Shown one piece after another: positions 38,159 to 48,484 of a DNA stretch of 64,000 bases. This stretch comes from Elusimicrobiota bacterium. GTDB taxonomy: Bacteria; Elusimicrobiota; UBA5214; JBBAAG01. A program made the translations under genes and the position numbers. The DNA lies in contig JBBAAG010000002.1 of NCBI GenBank assembly GCA_041658405.1, forward strand, positions 453 to 64,452, read 5' to 3'. The notes below the pieces were generated by a model. It saw nothing but the letters and a program-made list of their open reading frames with translations, did no database searches and was not told where the DNA came from. The stretch's first letter is position 1, and each line of letters starts with the position of its first letter.

Positions 38159-40777
38159 CTATTTTTTTGCGATATCCGGCAGCATAAACCGCCAGATCGG
38201 CAAGTTAAACTGTTCCCCGGCCGATATCTCAAGTTCTTTAATAACATCTTCCCAGCCGGGTACACCGCGGATTGACTGCGGGGAGAAAGGATTCGCTGCG
38301 AAGTACACAACTTTTCCTTTTCCAAACCCGCGAATCACCACACCAGGATTACCGTCGGATAACGTTGCCGCTACCGTCGCTTTCGGGTCTACCACTTTTA
38401 CGGTTACTGCTGTGTTGGTCCATCCGGTAGAACGGCGTTGGGGTTTGTATAACACAAACTTCTGCCCGGCTTTCATCGATTTCAACGCATCCGTCCCCGT
38501 GCCTACCAACGCATCACTCAGGTTCTCGTCCCCGACTTGCACGCCAAAAAGTTCTTCCTGATACTTCGCGAGGCTCGTTCCGTCCGGCGCTAGGGTAAAC
38601 GCTTTCGAATCCCCGACAACCAGTGTCCCGCCTGCCGAAGTCCAGTCGCGTAAACGTTTGACCACTTCTTCCCGCTGCAGCCACGCGTAAGGAACATAGA
38701 TAATTTTGTAGTCCTCAAGTTTATCCGCGCCATCCAATATTTTATCGTCGGCAATAAACCGGAACCACACGCCAAGTTTTTCGCCTAACCACGCATAAAT
38801 TGTGTAAAGTTCGTCTGCGTAGATCGAGTTAACTTCGCTGAGATTGGTGTCCTGGGATACAAAAATTGCGGTTGATGTTTTCTCAGGAAACTTAATTTTC
38901 TTCATCGTGGTAACAGTTTTTGATACGTGCTTCATCATTTCCCATCGCGGCGGGTCGGTTACCATCGGCGCGTCCGACGCGTAGTATTCTATGCATACCG
39001 CACCGGTCTTCATACACTGGCTTGCCCATTCGCGGATATCTTCCGGCAACGGTTTGTACCCGTCATAAAAAAATGCTTGCATAATAGTCCATACCGGCTT
39101 CCCACCGATATCGTTCAAAAATTTTGTGCCGAACCCGTGGTTATAAATCCCGCGGCCACGGGTACGCCCATGCGCTTCATCCGCCGATGTGGTGTACGGA
39201 TCGCATAACGCGAGGTCCATTGTTTGCGCCATTTTCCAGTAATCGTACATAGACAACCCGCCCATAAACCAGTAGTCGCAGGGTTGCCATAACGCTGTGG
39301 GGTCGATGGATTTCAGCGCGTCTCTCATCCGTATACGCGATTCTACAAATTTATCACTTGCCCAGCGGTTATATGCCAGCCAACTTAACAGCGTGTCAGT
39401 ATCTGGTTTGGTTGTAACAAATTTTGTTCCCTTAGCGACATTAGCTCCTTTTATTGATGGTACTGGGATACCGTATTTTCCGTAGCCATACTTTTCTTTG
39501 ACTTCCACCTGCGCGTTTATCCAAAACGGTATGATATCGATAAATTCAGGCCCTGCCGGGCTTAAAGTCGGCTCGTCCACTCCGCGGTAAACATATACTG
39601 CGCCAGTTTCTTTGTGGGTAGTAACAATATTTTTCAGTGCTTCAATTACGACGTCAACATAAACAGGATCCGCGAGGAATAGGCGTTTTCTCCCTCCAGC
39701 AGCTGGATGTATTACAGGCGAACCTTTCTTTTCTGCAACTGCCGCAACAGGTGAGGTTTCTACCATAAGCCATGATTTGGCATTATACTTTTTGCGGTAC
39801 TCATTGAAAATCGCGCTTGACCCGTGAGGGATCAGCATTCCGCATTCCACTTGTTGGTCAAGGTATGACCGTAAATGTTTTTCGTATGCTTTAGGATCTT
39901 TTTTAAACTGTTCCTGCATATACTGCGGCAATTGTGCGGTGCGTATGTCGTGGTTCCACGACGCGCAAGCGTAGTTTCCCGGTTCGTTGTACAACACTTC
40001 ATCAAAAACCGGACGGTCGCGTTTGACCCCGTAGTTCGTTGGTTCCATATCGCCGTAATCCAGGCGTTCAATATAGTTGTGTTTAAACGATAATGTGGCG
40101 AATCGTTCCGGCTGGTTAAACTTCCCGCGGATGGGAGACCATGTGCTTTGTTCCATAGAATTAGGTACCTGCCGGGTAAAGTTTATGCGGTACTCGTCGT
40201 TAATACCGCCAAAATCGGTGAACGGCATTACAAAGTCGGCTGTCCAAAAGGTTTTATCTATCTTTGTAGAAGTCTTAAAATTACCCTTCCACTTTTCATC
40301 CGATGTTTTCCCGGTTTGGTCTTCAGTAACAACTTCGTGGTTCACATAAACAACGTTTTTGGTGTTTAATACCCAATGAAATGATTCCAGCGGTGAGGGT
40401 GATAAAAATACTTCTACACAATCATCTTTCCAGACATTACTCCCGTTAATTGTTACCGTCGCTTCAATTTTTCTGGGTTCTGGTTCTTCGCATTTGAACT
40501 GAACAAACAACGCGTTATCGTCGTAGGTTACCCTTACTTCAGTCTGCCGTACTGCAAGGTTACCGCTGCCGTTATTAAGATAAAATCCTGTTATTGGTAC
40601 AATTTTATTCCAGTCCGCCTTTTGTCCTTTAGCCAGTTTTGTTATTCCTGTTTTATTAACAACCACGGCATCCGCTTTCTTCACTGCGATAGCTGTTTCC
40701 GCAAATAAGTGTGTTATCTGTGGATATAACAGTGCTGACGTAGCTGCAATAACAACAACGCGTATTAATTTGTTCAT
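38159..40777 (-). CDS. secreted CBM9/DOMON-like + GH42-like protein, paralog of 22487-25813
   Basis: 872 aa with a signal peptide. CBM9-like N-terminus (WNKIVPITGF...LFVQFKCEEPEP...DDCVEVFLSP), KYGYGKYGIP, GGTLVVGDSKAF. Confidence 0.55.
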   Translation of the reverse strand: MNKLIRVVVIAATSALLYPQITHLFAETAIAVKKADAVVVNKTGITKLAKGQKADWNKIVPITGFYLNNGSGNLAVRQTEVRVTYDDNALFVQFKCEEPEPRKIEATVTINGSNVWKDDCVEVFLSPSPLESFHWVLNTKNVVYVNHEVVTEDQTGKTSDEKWKGNFKTSTKIDKTFWTADFVMPFTDFGGINDEYRINFTRQVPNSMEQSTWSPIRGKFNQPERFATLSFKHNYIERLDYGDMEPTNYGVKRDRPVFDEVLYNEPGNYACASWNHDIRTAQLPQYMQEQFKKDPKAYEKHLRSYLDQQVECGMLIPHGSSAIFNEYRKKYNAKSWLMVETSPVAAVAEKKGSPVIHPAAGGRKRLFLADPVYVDVVIEALKNIVTTHKETGAVYVYRGVDEPTLSPAGPEFIDIIPFWINAQVEVKEKYGYGKYGIPVPSIKGANVAKGTKFVTTKPDTDTLLSWLAYNRWASDKFVESRIRMRDALKSIDPTALWQPCDYWFMGGLSMYDYWKMAQTMDLALCDPYTTSADEAHGRTRGRGIYNHGFGTKFLNDIGGKPVWTIMQAFFYDGYKPLPEDIREWASQCMKTGAVCIEYYASDAPMVTDPPRWEMMKHVSKTVTTMKKIKFPEKTSTAIFVSQDTNLSEVNSIYADELYTIYAWLGEKLGVWFRFIADDKILDGADKLEDYKIIYVPYAWLQREEVVKRLRDWTSAGGTLVVGDSKAFTLAPDGTSLAKYQEELFGVQVGDENLSDALVGTGTDALKSMKAGQKFVLYKPQRRSTGWTNTAVTVKVVDPKATVAATLSDGNPGVVIRGFGKGKVVYFAANPFSPQSIRGVPGWEDVIKELEISAGEQFNLPIWRFMLPDIAKK

Positions 40778-40800
40778 TCAAACGGTTCTCCATTAATGAT

Positions 40801-41679
40801 TTATTTAAGTAATCCGTAGGCCGACATTTCTTTTCTTAACTTTTCTTTATTTGCATCATCCATCGGCGCTAATGGCAACCGCAGTTCGTCACTGCATAAG
40901 CCCATTATCCCCGCTGCGGTTTTTATCGGGATAGGGTTAGTTTCGATAAACAATGTTTTTATCAGTGTAAACGCTTTTAAATGTAACGCCTGTGCGGTTT
41001 TTAGGTCGCCCTTGAGGTACGCAGCGCACATGTCATGTACATCTTTAGGCGCAATGTTTGCCAGTACAGAGATCACGCCGTACCCGCCGACGGACATTAT
41101 CGGCAGCGTTAATGAATCATCACCGGATAATACCGGTATTTTATCACCGAATTGTTTAACTAGTTCCGATGTTTGGTCGACATTACCCGACGCTTCTTTC
41201 ACACCGACAACTAAACCTGTTTCTTTCGCTACTTTTATAATAGTATCCGGCAGCATGTTAACACCTGTCCGGCCAGGGATGTTATAGATTACCATAGGAA
41301 TATTAACATCCTTCGCTACTTTTTTGAAATGCAGGACCAATCCTTTTTGTGTGGGTTTATTGTAATACGGTACAACCAGTAGGACAGCATCCGCTCCAAC
41401 TTTTTTCGCGTACTCTGACATCTCAATAGTTTCAGTTGTGGAATTCGCGCCGGTACCTGCGATTACAGGTACGCGTTTTTTTGCCTGTTCCACTACAACT
41501 TCTATCACGCGTTCATGTTCTTCATACGATAATGTCGGTGACTCGCCTGTTGTCCCGCAGGGGACCAGGCCGTTGGTACCGTTCTTTATCTGAAACTCCA
41601 CAAGTTCACGTAATTTTTCTTCATCCACCTTATTGTTTTTAAACGGTGTTACAAGCGCAACAAAGGATCCTTTTAACAT
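40801..41679 (-). CDS. dapA: 4-hydroxy-tetrahydrodipicolinate synthase
   Basis: VALVTPF, GTTGESPTLS, and the length fit DapA. Confidence 0.85.
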   Translation of the reverse strand: MLKGSFVALVTPFKNNKVDEEKLRELVEFQIKNGTNGLVPCGTTGESPTLSYEEHERVIEVVVEQAKKRVPVIAGTGANSTTETIEMSEYAKKVGADAVLLVVPYYNKPTQKGLVLHFKKVAKDVNIPMVIYNIPGRTGVNMLPDTIIKVAKETGLVVGVKEASGNVDQTSELVKQFGDKIPVLSGDDSLTLPIMSVGGYGVISVLANIAPKDVHDMCAAYLKGDLKTAQALHLKAFTLIKTLFIETNPIPIKTAAGIMGLCSDELRLPLAPMDDANKEKLRKEMSAYGLLK

Positions 41680-41719
41680 TTTTTAATACTCCTTCTCTTT
41701 TGTGTTAGAACAATATTAT

Positions 41720-42559
41720 CTAAATTTTTATCTCGCCGGTAAACGATGTCTGGACTTTACCGGTGAGATATACCAACCCTAATTTATCTAAATTATACTT
41801 TACCTTCAACTTTTCACCGCTGCTTGTGATAACCGTTACCGGGGGTTCAACTTTGTTTAATACCCCGGAAATAATTGCCGCAGCGGTTGAGCCGGTCCCG
41901 CAAGCTAAAGTTTCAGCTTCCACCCCGCGTTCATATGTACGCACGCTTATTGTATGCCCGTCTTCTATCTGCACAAAATTGACGTTAGTCCCGGCTGGAG
42001 AAAATTTTTTGTGGTATCGTACCAGTCTCCCGAGGCCGTTGACGTTAACCTTCTGAAGTTGTGTGGTATATATTACCGCATGCGGGACGCCGGTATTAAC
42101 AAAATACGCGGTGTACCTCCGCCCGCCAGCTATGATTTCAAGCCCGAGTTTAATACCATGCGGGTCGGTAAGTTTTACTTCCACCCACTGGCTATCAATC
42201 ACGCGTCCTTCAATAGTCCCGGCTTTTGTTTCAAACGCTGTTGTCGTACCGATAATACTGTTTTCATATGCGTATCTTACGATACACCGTGCGCCGTTAC
42301 CGCACATTTCAGCTTCACTGCCATCGGAGTTAAATATGCGCATCTTGAAATCCAGTATCGCGCTTTTCTCAACAACCAGTACTCCATCCGCGCCGATACC
42401 GGTCTTACGGTTGCATAACCGCACAGTTAATTTAGCGAGGTTCTTATACTTACCCCGGCGGTTATCAAATACAACAAAGTCGTTGCCGGTACCTTGCATC
42501 TTCCAAAAATGTAGGACTTTAGCGTTACTCATGTTCTTGTACAAACTCCTGTTTTCCAA
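41720..42559 (-). CDS. dapF: diaminopimelate epimerase
   Basis: FWKMQGTGNDFVVFDN and two catalytic Cys regions (CGNGARC, CGTGSTA). Confidence 0.85.
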   Translation of the reverse strand: MENRSLYKNMSNAKVLHFWKMQGTGNDFVVFDNRRGKYKNLAKLTVRLCNRKTGIGADGVLVVEKSAILDFKMRIFNSDGSEAEMCGNGARCIVRYAYENSIIGTTTAFETKAGTIEGRVIDSQWVEVKLTDPHGIKLGLEIIAGGRRYTAYFVNTGVPHAVIYTTQLQKVNVNGLGRLVRYHKKFSPAGTNVNFVQIEDGHTISVRTYERGVEAETLACGTGSTAAAIISGVLNKVEPPVTVITSSGEKLKVKYNLDKLGLVYLTGKVQTSFTGEIKI

Positions 42560-42571
42560 GCGTTAACTTTA

Positions 42572-43828
42572 TTAAACAATTTTTGAAAATATATCGTTTA
42601 CAGTCTCGCGTTTACGGATAAGTTTCCATTTACTGCCTGTAACCATAACTTCTGCCGCACGGGGACGCGCGTTGTAGTTTGATGACATCATAAACCCGTA
42701 TGCCCCGGCATTACCCACAGCGACTGCTGTTCCGGAAGCGAGAAACGGCAACATCCTGTCCTTACCGAGATAATCACTGGTTTCGCATACCGGCCCAACG
42801 ATATCAACCATAACCTTTTTTCCATTACTTTTTTTAACGGGTACAATTTCGTGGTACGCATCATATAACGCAGGACGTATGAGGTCGCACATACCGCTGT
42901 CAACAATCAAGAAATTTTTGTGTACCGACTTTTTGCCGTATAATACGGATGTCACCAAAATCCCGCTGTTCCCAACGATATACCGTCCCGGTTCAAGTAT
43001 CAGTGTGAGCCCGGGAATATCTTTGAATTTCGAAGCATAAACCTGTGCCAGTGCCGAAGGTACCGGCGGTGTTTCGTTATCATACCGTATCCCCAACCCG
43101 CCTCCGAGGTCAATATAGCGTATGTCAAACCCCATTGAGCATAGTTTGCGGTAAAGCATCTCAGCTTTCTCCGCGACAAGCTTGAATGGCCCAAGTTCGG
43201 TTATCTGCGACCCTATATGCAAATGAATACCTGCTACATCCAAATTCCTTTTCTTCCCTGCCAGGCGGTATGCGTCAAGTATTGAGGGATAAGAAATCCC
43301 GAACTTAGTTTCATTCTTTCCTGTGGTGATATGTTTATGTGTATGAGCGTCAACGTTGGGGTTAAACCTGAACCCCACCTTTGCGCGTAACCCTATCCGT
43401 CCGGCAATACGGTCAATATGTTCCATCTCAGCTATGGATTCCATATTAAACAGTAACACCCCGGACCTTAACGCGTACACAATCTCGTCATCGCGTTTAC
43501 CCACACCGGCATAAACAGTGCGGGTACCCGGTACGCCTGACTTCAACGCTGCGTATAGTTCACCGCCCGAAGTTATATCAGCACCTGCGTTTTTTGCGGC
43601 TAACTTTTTTACCAGATGAATATTATTATTCGCCTTTAATGCGTAACACACCAGGGTGTTCACAGCCTTAAATGCAGAAGAAAATGTTATATAATTTTCT
43701 TCCAGTTGCTTACCGCTGTAGATAAACACAGGTGTACCGATCTTGGCGATAATACTTTTCACCGGGACATCTTCAACGTATAAATCAGCACCTTGATAAT
43801 TAATGTTTCTGTTATTGTCATTAATCAT
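42572..43828 (-). CDS. lysA: diaminopimelate decarboxylase
   Basis: The PLP-binding YALKAN motif, GGGLGIRY, and a fold-III decarboxylase C-terminus. Confidence 0.85.
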   Translation of the reverse strand: MINDNNRNINYQGADLYVEDVPVKSIIAKIGTPVFIYSGKQLEENYITFSSAFKAVNTLVCYALKANNNIHLVKKLAAKNAGADITSGGELYAALKSGVPGTRTVYAGVGKRDDEIVYALRSGVLLFNMESIAEMEHIDRIAGRIGLRAKVGFRFNPNVDAHTHKHITTGKNETKFGISYPSILDAYRLAGKKRNLDVAGIHLHIGSQITELGPFKLVAEKAEMLYRKLCSMGFDIRYIDLGGGLGIRYDNETPPVPSALAQVYASKFKDIPGLTLILEPGRYIVGNSGILVTSVLYGKKSVHKNFLIVDSGMCDLIRPALYDAYHEIVPVKKSNGKKVMVDIVGPVCETSDYLGKDRMLPFLASGTAVAVGNAGAYGFMMSSNYNARPRAAEVMVTGSKWKLIRKRETVNDIFSKIV

Positions 43829-43849
43829 AACTACAAAAAAACCCTTTCC

Positions 43850-44836
43850 TTACTTTCCTTCAATCCGTTCTATCACCATTGTGGCATACTGTTTTATCCA
43901 CGTACTGGCACTACCTTTCGATAATTCCCGCGCTAAAGATACTGCCGTATCATAATCCGCTGTACGATAATACGTTAATGCCAGCATCAACCTCGCGGCA
44001 GTGCTGGCAGGCTTTAATTCTAACACTTTTTTGAAGTCCGCACATGCATTACCAAAAAAATTATTTTTGTATGCTATCAACCCGCGCCGGAAGTATGCTT
44101 CCTCAATCCCCGCAGCAGAGGGGGTTGATGCTATCACCATTGACAGTATTTCGTTACTTTTATCATATTCTCTATTATGATAATAACACTGAGCCAGGGA
44201 ATACTTGTATTTAAGGTTTGAGTCTAAGGAAATAGCCTTTCTTAGTGCGGTTATTGAACGTGGATGGTCACCAGTGAGAGAATAAGCTTCACCCAGTAAA
44301 GCATAAGCGTCGCAGGTATTCAATAATTCCGTTGCGTGGATGAGGTATACCAGCGCATCCTCATACCTCTGCCCTTCAAGTAATATTTTCCCAAGCATAA
44401 AGTTTGCGTTGCCATTCTTTTTTTGTGATTTCACCGTGCGGGTAAGCCATTTATTCGCGTCTTCCGGTAAGCCTGCGGAATAGTATGCTAAACCCAGTTT
44501 TTCCCAGTATACACAGTTTTTATCATCGAATTCCACGGCTCTTGCGTATCTTTCAATTGCGAGGTCATACTTTTCTATTGTGCAATACATATCACCCAGT
44601 GCTGAGAGTAAGACGCCTTTTTTCTTCCTGCTTTTCGTTATATTAATGTTTTGGTTACAGTATTCTATTAATTTGGCATACTGTTTTTGTGAGAGCATTT
44701 CATTCAACGCGGTCTCCACAGGGTCGGCTAATTTAAAGATAATCTTTACTTTATTCTCAGCATTTATTACCCCCGGATTTTGGGTATTGAATACTATAAG
44801 TACAAAAAAAACGTAGCCCAGCCGTATAATCTTCAT
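43850..44836 (-). CDS. TPR-repeat lipoprotein/secreted protein
   Basis: Signal peptide and multiple TPR-like repeats. It overlaps the patatin gene by 4 bp. Confidence 0.55.
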   Translation of the reverse strand: MKIIRLGYVFFVLIVFNTQNPGVINAENKVKIIFKLADPVETALNEMLSQKQYAKLIEYCNQNINITKSRKKKGVLLSALGDMYCTIEKYDLAIERYARAVEFDDKNCVYWEKLGLAYYSAGLPEDANKWLTRTVKSQKKNGNANFMLGKILLEGQRYEDALVYLIHATELLNTCDAYALLGEAYSLTGDHPRSITALRKAISLDSNLKYKYSLAQCYYHNREYDKSNEILSMVIASTPSAAGIEEAYFRRGLIAYKNNFFGNACADFKKVLELKPASTAARLMLALTYYRTADYDTAVSLARELSKGSASTWIKQYATMVIERIEGK

Positions 44837-45813
44837 CTTACCAGTTCTTTCTTAAATGTACGGTCCATTATCACAGCTTTTACCTTCGGCATCATTTCCC
44901 GTGCGGCACGCATACCGGACTCTATACATTCCTTCCCGCGCCAAAGTTCTACCATTGTTACATCCCCGACATTAGGGATGAGGACGACATCAGCGTAGGA
45001 CATTTGCTGTTGCAGCAATAACCCGCCTTGTATAGATATTGATTGGTTTAAGACAAGCAGGACGTTATTAACGTTGTTCTTAGAAAAATCGCCTTCCACA
45101 GATACTGCAATAACAACATCCGCGCCAAGCGCACGGGCAATATCCGTAGGTAAATTATTCACAATCCCGCCGTCAATCAACATCCTGTGGCGGTAATTAA
45201 CCGGCTGGAATACGCCGGGTATTGTTGCGGATGCGCGCGTTGCTATCGCAACTTTGCCTTCCCTGAAAATTATGCGTTCACCGGTCTGCAGGTCAGTTGC
45301 TACACACGCGAATTTTTTGTTGAGCTCATCAAATGTTTTATCCCCGATATGTTGTTGAAGAAATATTTCCATACGTTTTGTTGATAATAACCGCTGCCCT
45401 AAGAGTAGTTCAACTACCGTAGACGGGCCGATATTGGTAAGGTTTGTCCACCCGATATCATCCGCCATGCGTTCAAGTTTTTCTATAGGATACCCGCTGG
45501 AATACAGCGCTCCGGCTAGTGAGCCAACACTTGTTCCCGTAACTATGTCTACCGGCACATTTTCCTGTTCAAAAACCTTGAGTACGCCTATATGCGCAAG
45601 CCCGCGTGCACCGCCCCCCCCGAGAGTGAGCCCGACTTTTATTCTTTGTTCTACGGGTAAGGTCGTTACTTCATGCCATATAAAATCGCGAAGGATATTT
45701 TCTTCATCCATAGCATAAGCAATACCCGCCGTCCCGCCTGATAGCAATAAAAGGAGGGATAAAATATAACCGTATAAAGCAGTAACAAATATTTTGTTGT
45801 TATACCAGCTCAT
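44833..45813 (-). CDS. patatin-like phospholipase
   Basis: GGGGARGLAHIGVL oxyanion motif, GTSVGS (GxSxG), and a DGG catalytic Asp. Confidence 0.8.
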   Translation of the reverse strand: MSWYNNKIFVTALYGYILSLLLLLSGGTAGIAYAMDEENILRDFIWHEVTTLPVEQRIKVGLTLGGGGARGLAHIGVLKVFEQENVPVDIVTGTSVGSLAGALYSSGYPIEKLERMADDIGWTNLTNIGPSTVVELLLGQRLLSTKRMEIFLQQHIGDKTFDELNKKFACVATDLQTGERIIFREGKVAIATRASATIPGVFQPVNYRHRMLIDGGIVNNLPTDIARALGADVVIAVSVEGDFSKNNVNNVLLVLNQSISIQGGLLLQQQMSYADVVLIPNVGDVTMVELWRGKECIESGMRAAREMMPKVKAVIMDRTFKKELVR

Positions 45814-47144
45814 TCGACAATACTTTTACCCATGGACTGTTCAAGCTTCGCCCGTGCGGCCATTGCGTCGGTGATAGCTTGAAAATATTTATCTTGTGAA
45901 GTTAAGAGGTCAAGTTGTGATTGTATAAACTGTATTAATTGAGTATCAGCTCCCGCTAATTTTGTGGTTAATGCATCCACGACTTTCTGTTGTTCTTTCA
46001 CTGCGGTATCACGGATATTAACATCGTTCTGGCGGTATGCCATAACATTATACGCTGCACGGACGTCGTATTCAACCAGGTTTTCGTATTCACCCCGGCG
46101 TAACCGCCCTTTTTCTGCGTTAATTTCAACCTGCCGTTGCCGTATATTACCAGCCCAGCCGTCGAATACCGGTAGGTTGATGTTTACCGTGGCGTTCCAG
46201 TTTTTTTCCGGGAATGGGAAAACATCGCCTGCAATTTCGTAGTTGAACCCAAAAAATATTGTGGGATACTTATGAGCAACCGCAAGGTTAATGGATACCG
46301 CATCAATATCTTCCTGAGCGCGTATCTGTTTTAACTCCGGGCGGTAACGGAATGCCCAGGCAAGGCATTTGCTGATCTCAACATCTACGGGTTTATACTT
46401 CAGATTTTCATCCAAAATATAATCATTTGCGAGATCCAGCCCGGCAGTGTGGTTAAGTTTTAACTTTCCCGCACGGAAGTCCTGTTCCGCACGGTAATAC
46501 ATGCTCCGTAGTTCTGAGAGTAACACCTGTGCACGGGAAAGGTCTTCATTCCCGGCATTCCTGAGTTTTGATGTGTAGTCCGCAATACTTTTTTCAATTA
46601 CCGTCAATGCCTGGCGGTAACGTTTTATGCGTAATGAGTGGTACACTGTTTGGTAATAGCCTTGCTTAATATCATACGCAACGATATCTTTTAACTGCGC
46701 CAACTGGTTCCTCATACGGTCAAGGCTTGCCTTAGCTGTGAGCAATGTCCCTAGATGCCGTCCTGCACTATAAATATCCTGGTATACCGATATCCGGGTG
46801 GAATAATAATCACTGGCTTCAGGTTCCGGTTTAAGGTTTGGCGGTAAAAAGGTTGACCCGAAATTAGGGGGTAGTAAAAACATTTGTTTTGCGTCGTAAC
46901 GCGAAAAATTGAAGTTTAATTCCGCACGGGGATATATTAACGCACCGGCTTCATAAACCTTTTGTTCTGCAATATCCACATCTTTCTGCACAATTTTTAT
47001 ATCAGTATTATTGATCAACCCCAGGCGGACACAGGTGTTGATATCTATAAATCTATCATTGTTCTCAACAGGGTATGCATTGACACAAAAAAGTGTTAGC
47101 AGCGATATTACGGGTATAAAACGTATAGGCGAAATAAAGCTCAT
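45810..47144 (-). CDS. TolC-like outer membrane protein (OEP family)
   Basis: 444 aa with a signal peptide and the two-repeat OEP architecture. It overlaps argH and the patatin gene by 4 bp each. Confidence 0.55.
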   Translation of the reverse strand: MSFISPIRFIPVISLLTLFCVNAYPVENNDRFIDINTCVRLGLINNTDIKIVQKDVDIAEQKVYEAGALIYPRAELNFNFSRYDAKQMFLLPPNFGSTFLPPNLKPEPEASDYYSTRISVYQDIYSAGRHLGTLLTAKASLDRMRNQLAQLKDIVAYDIKQGYYQTVYHSLRIKRYRQALTVIEKSIADYTSKLRNAGNEDLSRAQVLLSELRSMYYRAEQDFRAGKLKLNHTAGLDLANDYILDENLKYKPVDVEISKCLAWAFRYRPELKQIRAQEDIDAVSINLAVAHKYPTIFFGFNYEIAGDVFPFPEKNWNATVNINLPVFDGWAGNIRQRQVEINAEKGRLRRGEYENLVEYDVRAAYNVMAYRQNDVNIRDTAVKEQQKVVDALTTKLAGADTQLIQFIQSQLDLLTSQDKYFQAITDAMAARAKLEQSMGKSIVE

Positions 47145-48484
47145 TTTGTTAGTTCTTTAAGTTCCGTGATTTGATGGCGGACAGATTTTGTTGATGTCCC
47201 GCCATAAGTATTCCTGCGGTTGACCATCGTGTTTAATTCAATAAACTTCTTTAACTTTTTATTGTATGCCGGGAGTAATGTTTTGTATTCCTCATCCGTA
47301 AGTTCCGTGATACGGCATCCTTTTTTTATGCAGGAATCCACGAGTTTACGCGCATACCCGTGTGCCTGGCGGAATGGTATCCCCTGCCCAACAAGGAAGT
47401 CCGCAAGGTCAGTTGCTTCAATAAACCCGTTCCCGCATGCTGCACGCATTTTTTGTGGGTAAGTTTTCATACTGCCTATAACGCCTTGCATAACGGATAA
47501 ACTGTCCTTAACGGTTGTGTATGTATTAAATAAACACGTTTTGTCATCCTGGAGGTCACGGTTATAAGACAACGGTAATCCTTTCATCAATGATAACATA
47601 GCAGTGAGGTTTCCTATAACCAGTGCAGTTTTTCCGCGGATAAGTTCCAGGTGGTCAGGGTTACGTTTTTGCGGCATTATTGATGACCCGGTGGTATACT
47701 GTTCCCCGATAGATACGTACCCGTACTGGGGTGACATCCAGATAATAATATCTTCAGCCATACGTGAAAGCGTTACCATCAACATAGCTCCGGCAGAAAG
47801 GTATTCTGTAATAAAATCACGGCTACTGACGGTATCTATAGAATTATGAGTAACCTGCGAAAACCCGAGTGCATGCGCTACGGCTTTACGGTCAAGCGGA
47901 TACGTTGTCCCGGCAAGCGCAGCAGCGCCTAACGGTGATTCATCTAAATGGTAAAGGCATTGGTAATACCTTGTTTTATCGCGTTCAAGCATCCACGCAT
48001 ACGCAAGTACGTGATGCGCAAAAAGGATTGCCTGTGCGGGTTGTAGATGCGTTACCCCCGGCATTATGATCCCAATATTATTTTCAGCAAGCGTAATTAT
48101 ACGTTTTTGCAGGTTAGTAATAAGTTCAATACATTCAAAAACAGCGTCTCTAGTGAAGAGTTTCATGTCAAGTACTACCTGATCATTCCGGCTGCGGCCT
48201 GTGTGCATCTTACCCCCAACGGGGCCAATGATTTGGATCAAGCGTTTTTCTACTGCCATATGTATATCCTCATCATACCGCCCGAAGGTTGAGGGTGAGG
48301 TTCCTATTTCTTTCAATATTTTGAATAACCCGGCAACAATTATGTTTACTTCCCCGGGTTTCAATACTTTTTGTTTACCCAGCATCTTTACATGCGCGAT
48401 TGAACCCGCAACATCGTATGCTGCAAGGAAACTATCTTCTGCTTTCACAAATGTTTGTGTTACATCCCCCTGTTTATTCTTCAT
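47141..48484 (-). CDS. argH: argininosuccinate lyase
   Basis: TGRSRNDQV, GSSIMPQKRNPD fumarate-lyase signature. Confidence 0.85.
   Translation of the reverse strand: MKNKQGDVTQTFVKAEDSFLAAYDVAGSIAHVKMLGKQKVLKPGEVNIIVAGLFKILKEIGTSPSTFGRYDEDIHMAVEKRLIQIIGPVGGKMHTGRSRNDQVVLDMKLFTRDAVFECIELITNLQKRIITLAENNIGIIMPGVTHLQPAQAILFAHHVLAYAWMLERDKTRYYQCLYHLDESPLGAAALAGTTYPLDRKAVAHALGFSQVTHNSIDTVSSRDFITEYLSAGAMLMVTLSRMAEDIIIWMSPQYGYVSIGEQYTTGSSIMPQKRNPDHLELIRGKTALVIGNLTAMLSLMKGLPLSYNRDLQDDKTCLFNTYTTVKDSLSVMQGVIGSMKTYPQKMRAACGNGFIEATDLADFLVGQGIPFRQAHGYARKLVDSCIKKGCRITELTDEEYKTLLPAYNKKLKKFIELNTMVNRRNTYGGTSTKSVRHQITELKELTK

Noticed and set aside
45613-45620. C8 homopolymer in the patatin gene
   Set aside because: It encodes the functional GGGG of the patatin glycine-rich loop. 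It is shorter than the two 10-mers and under obvious coding constraint.
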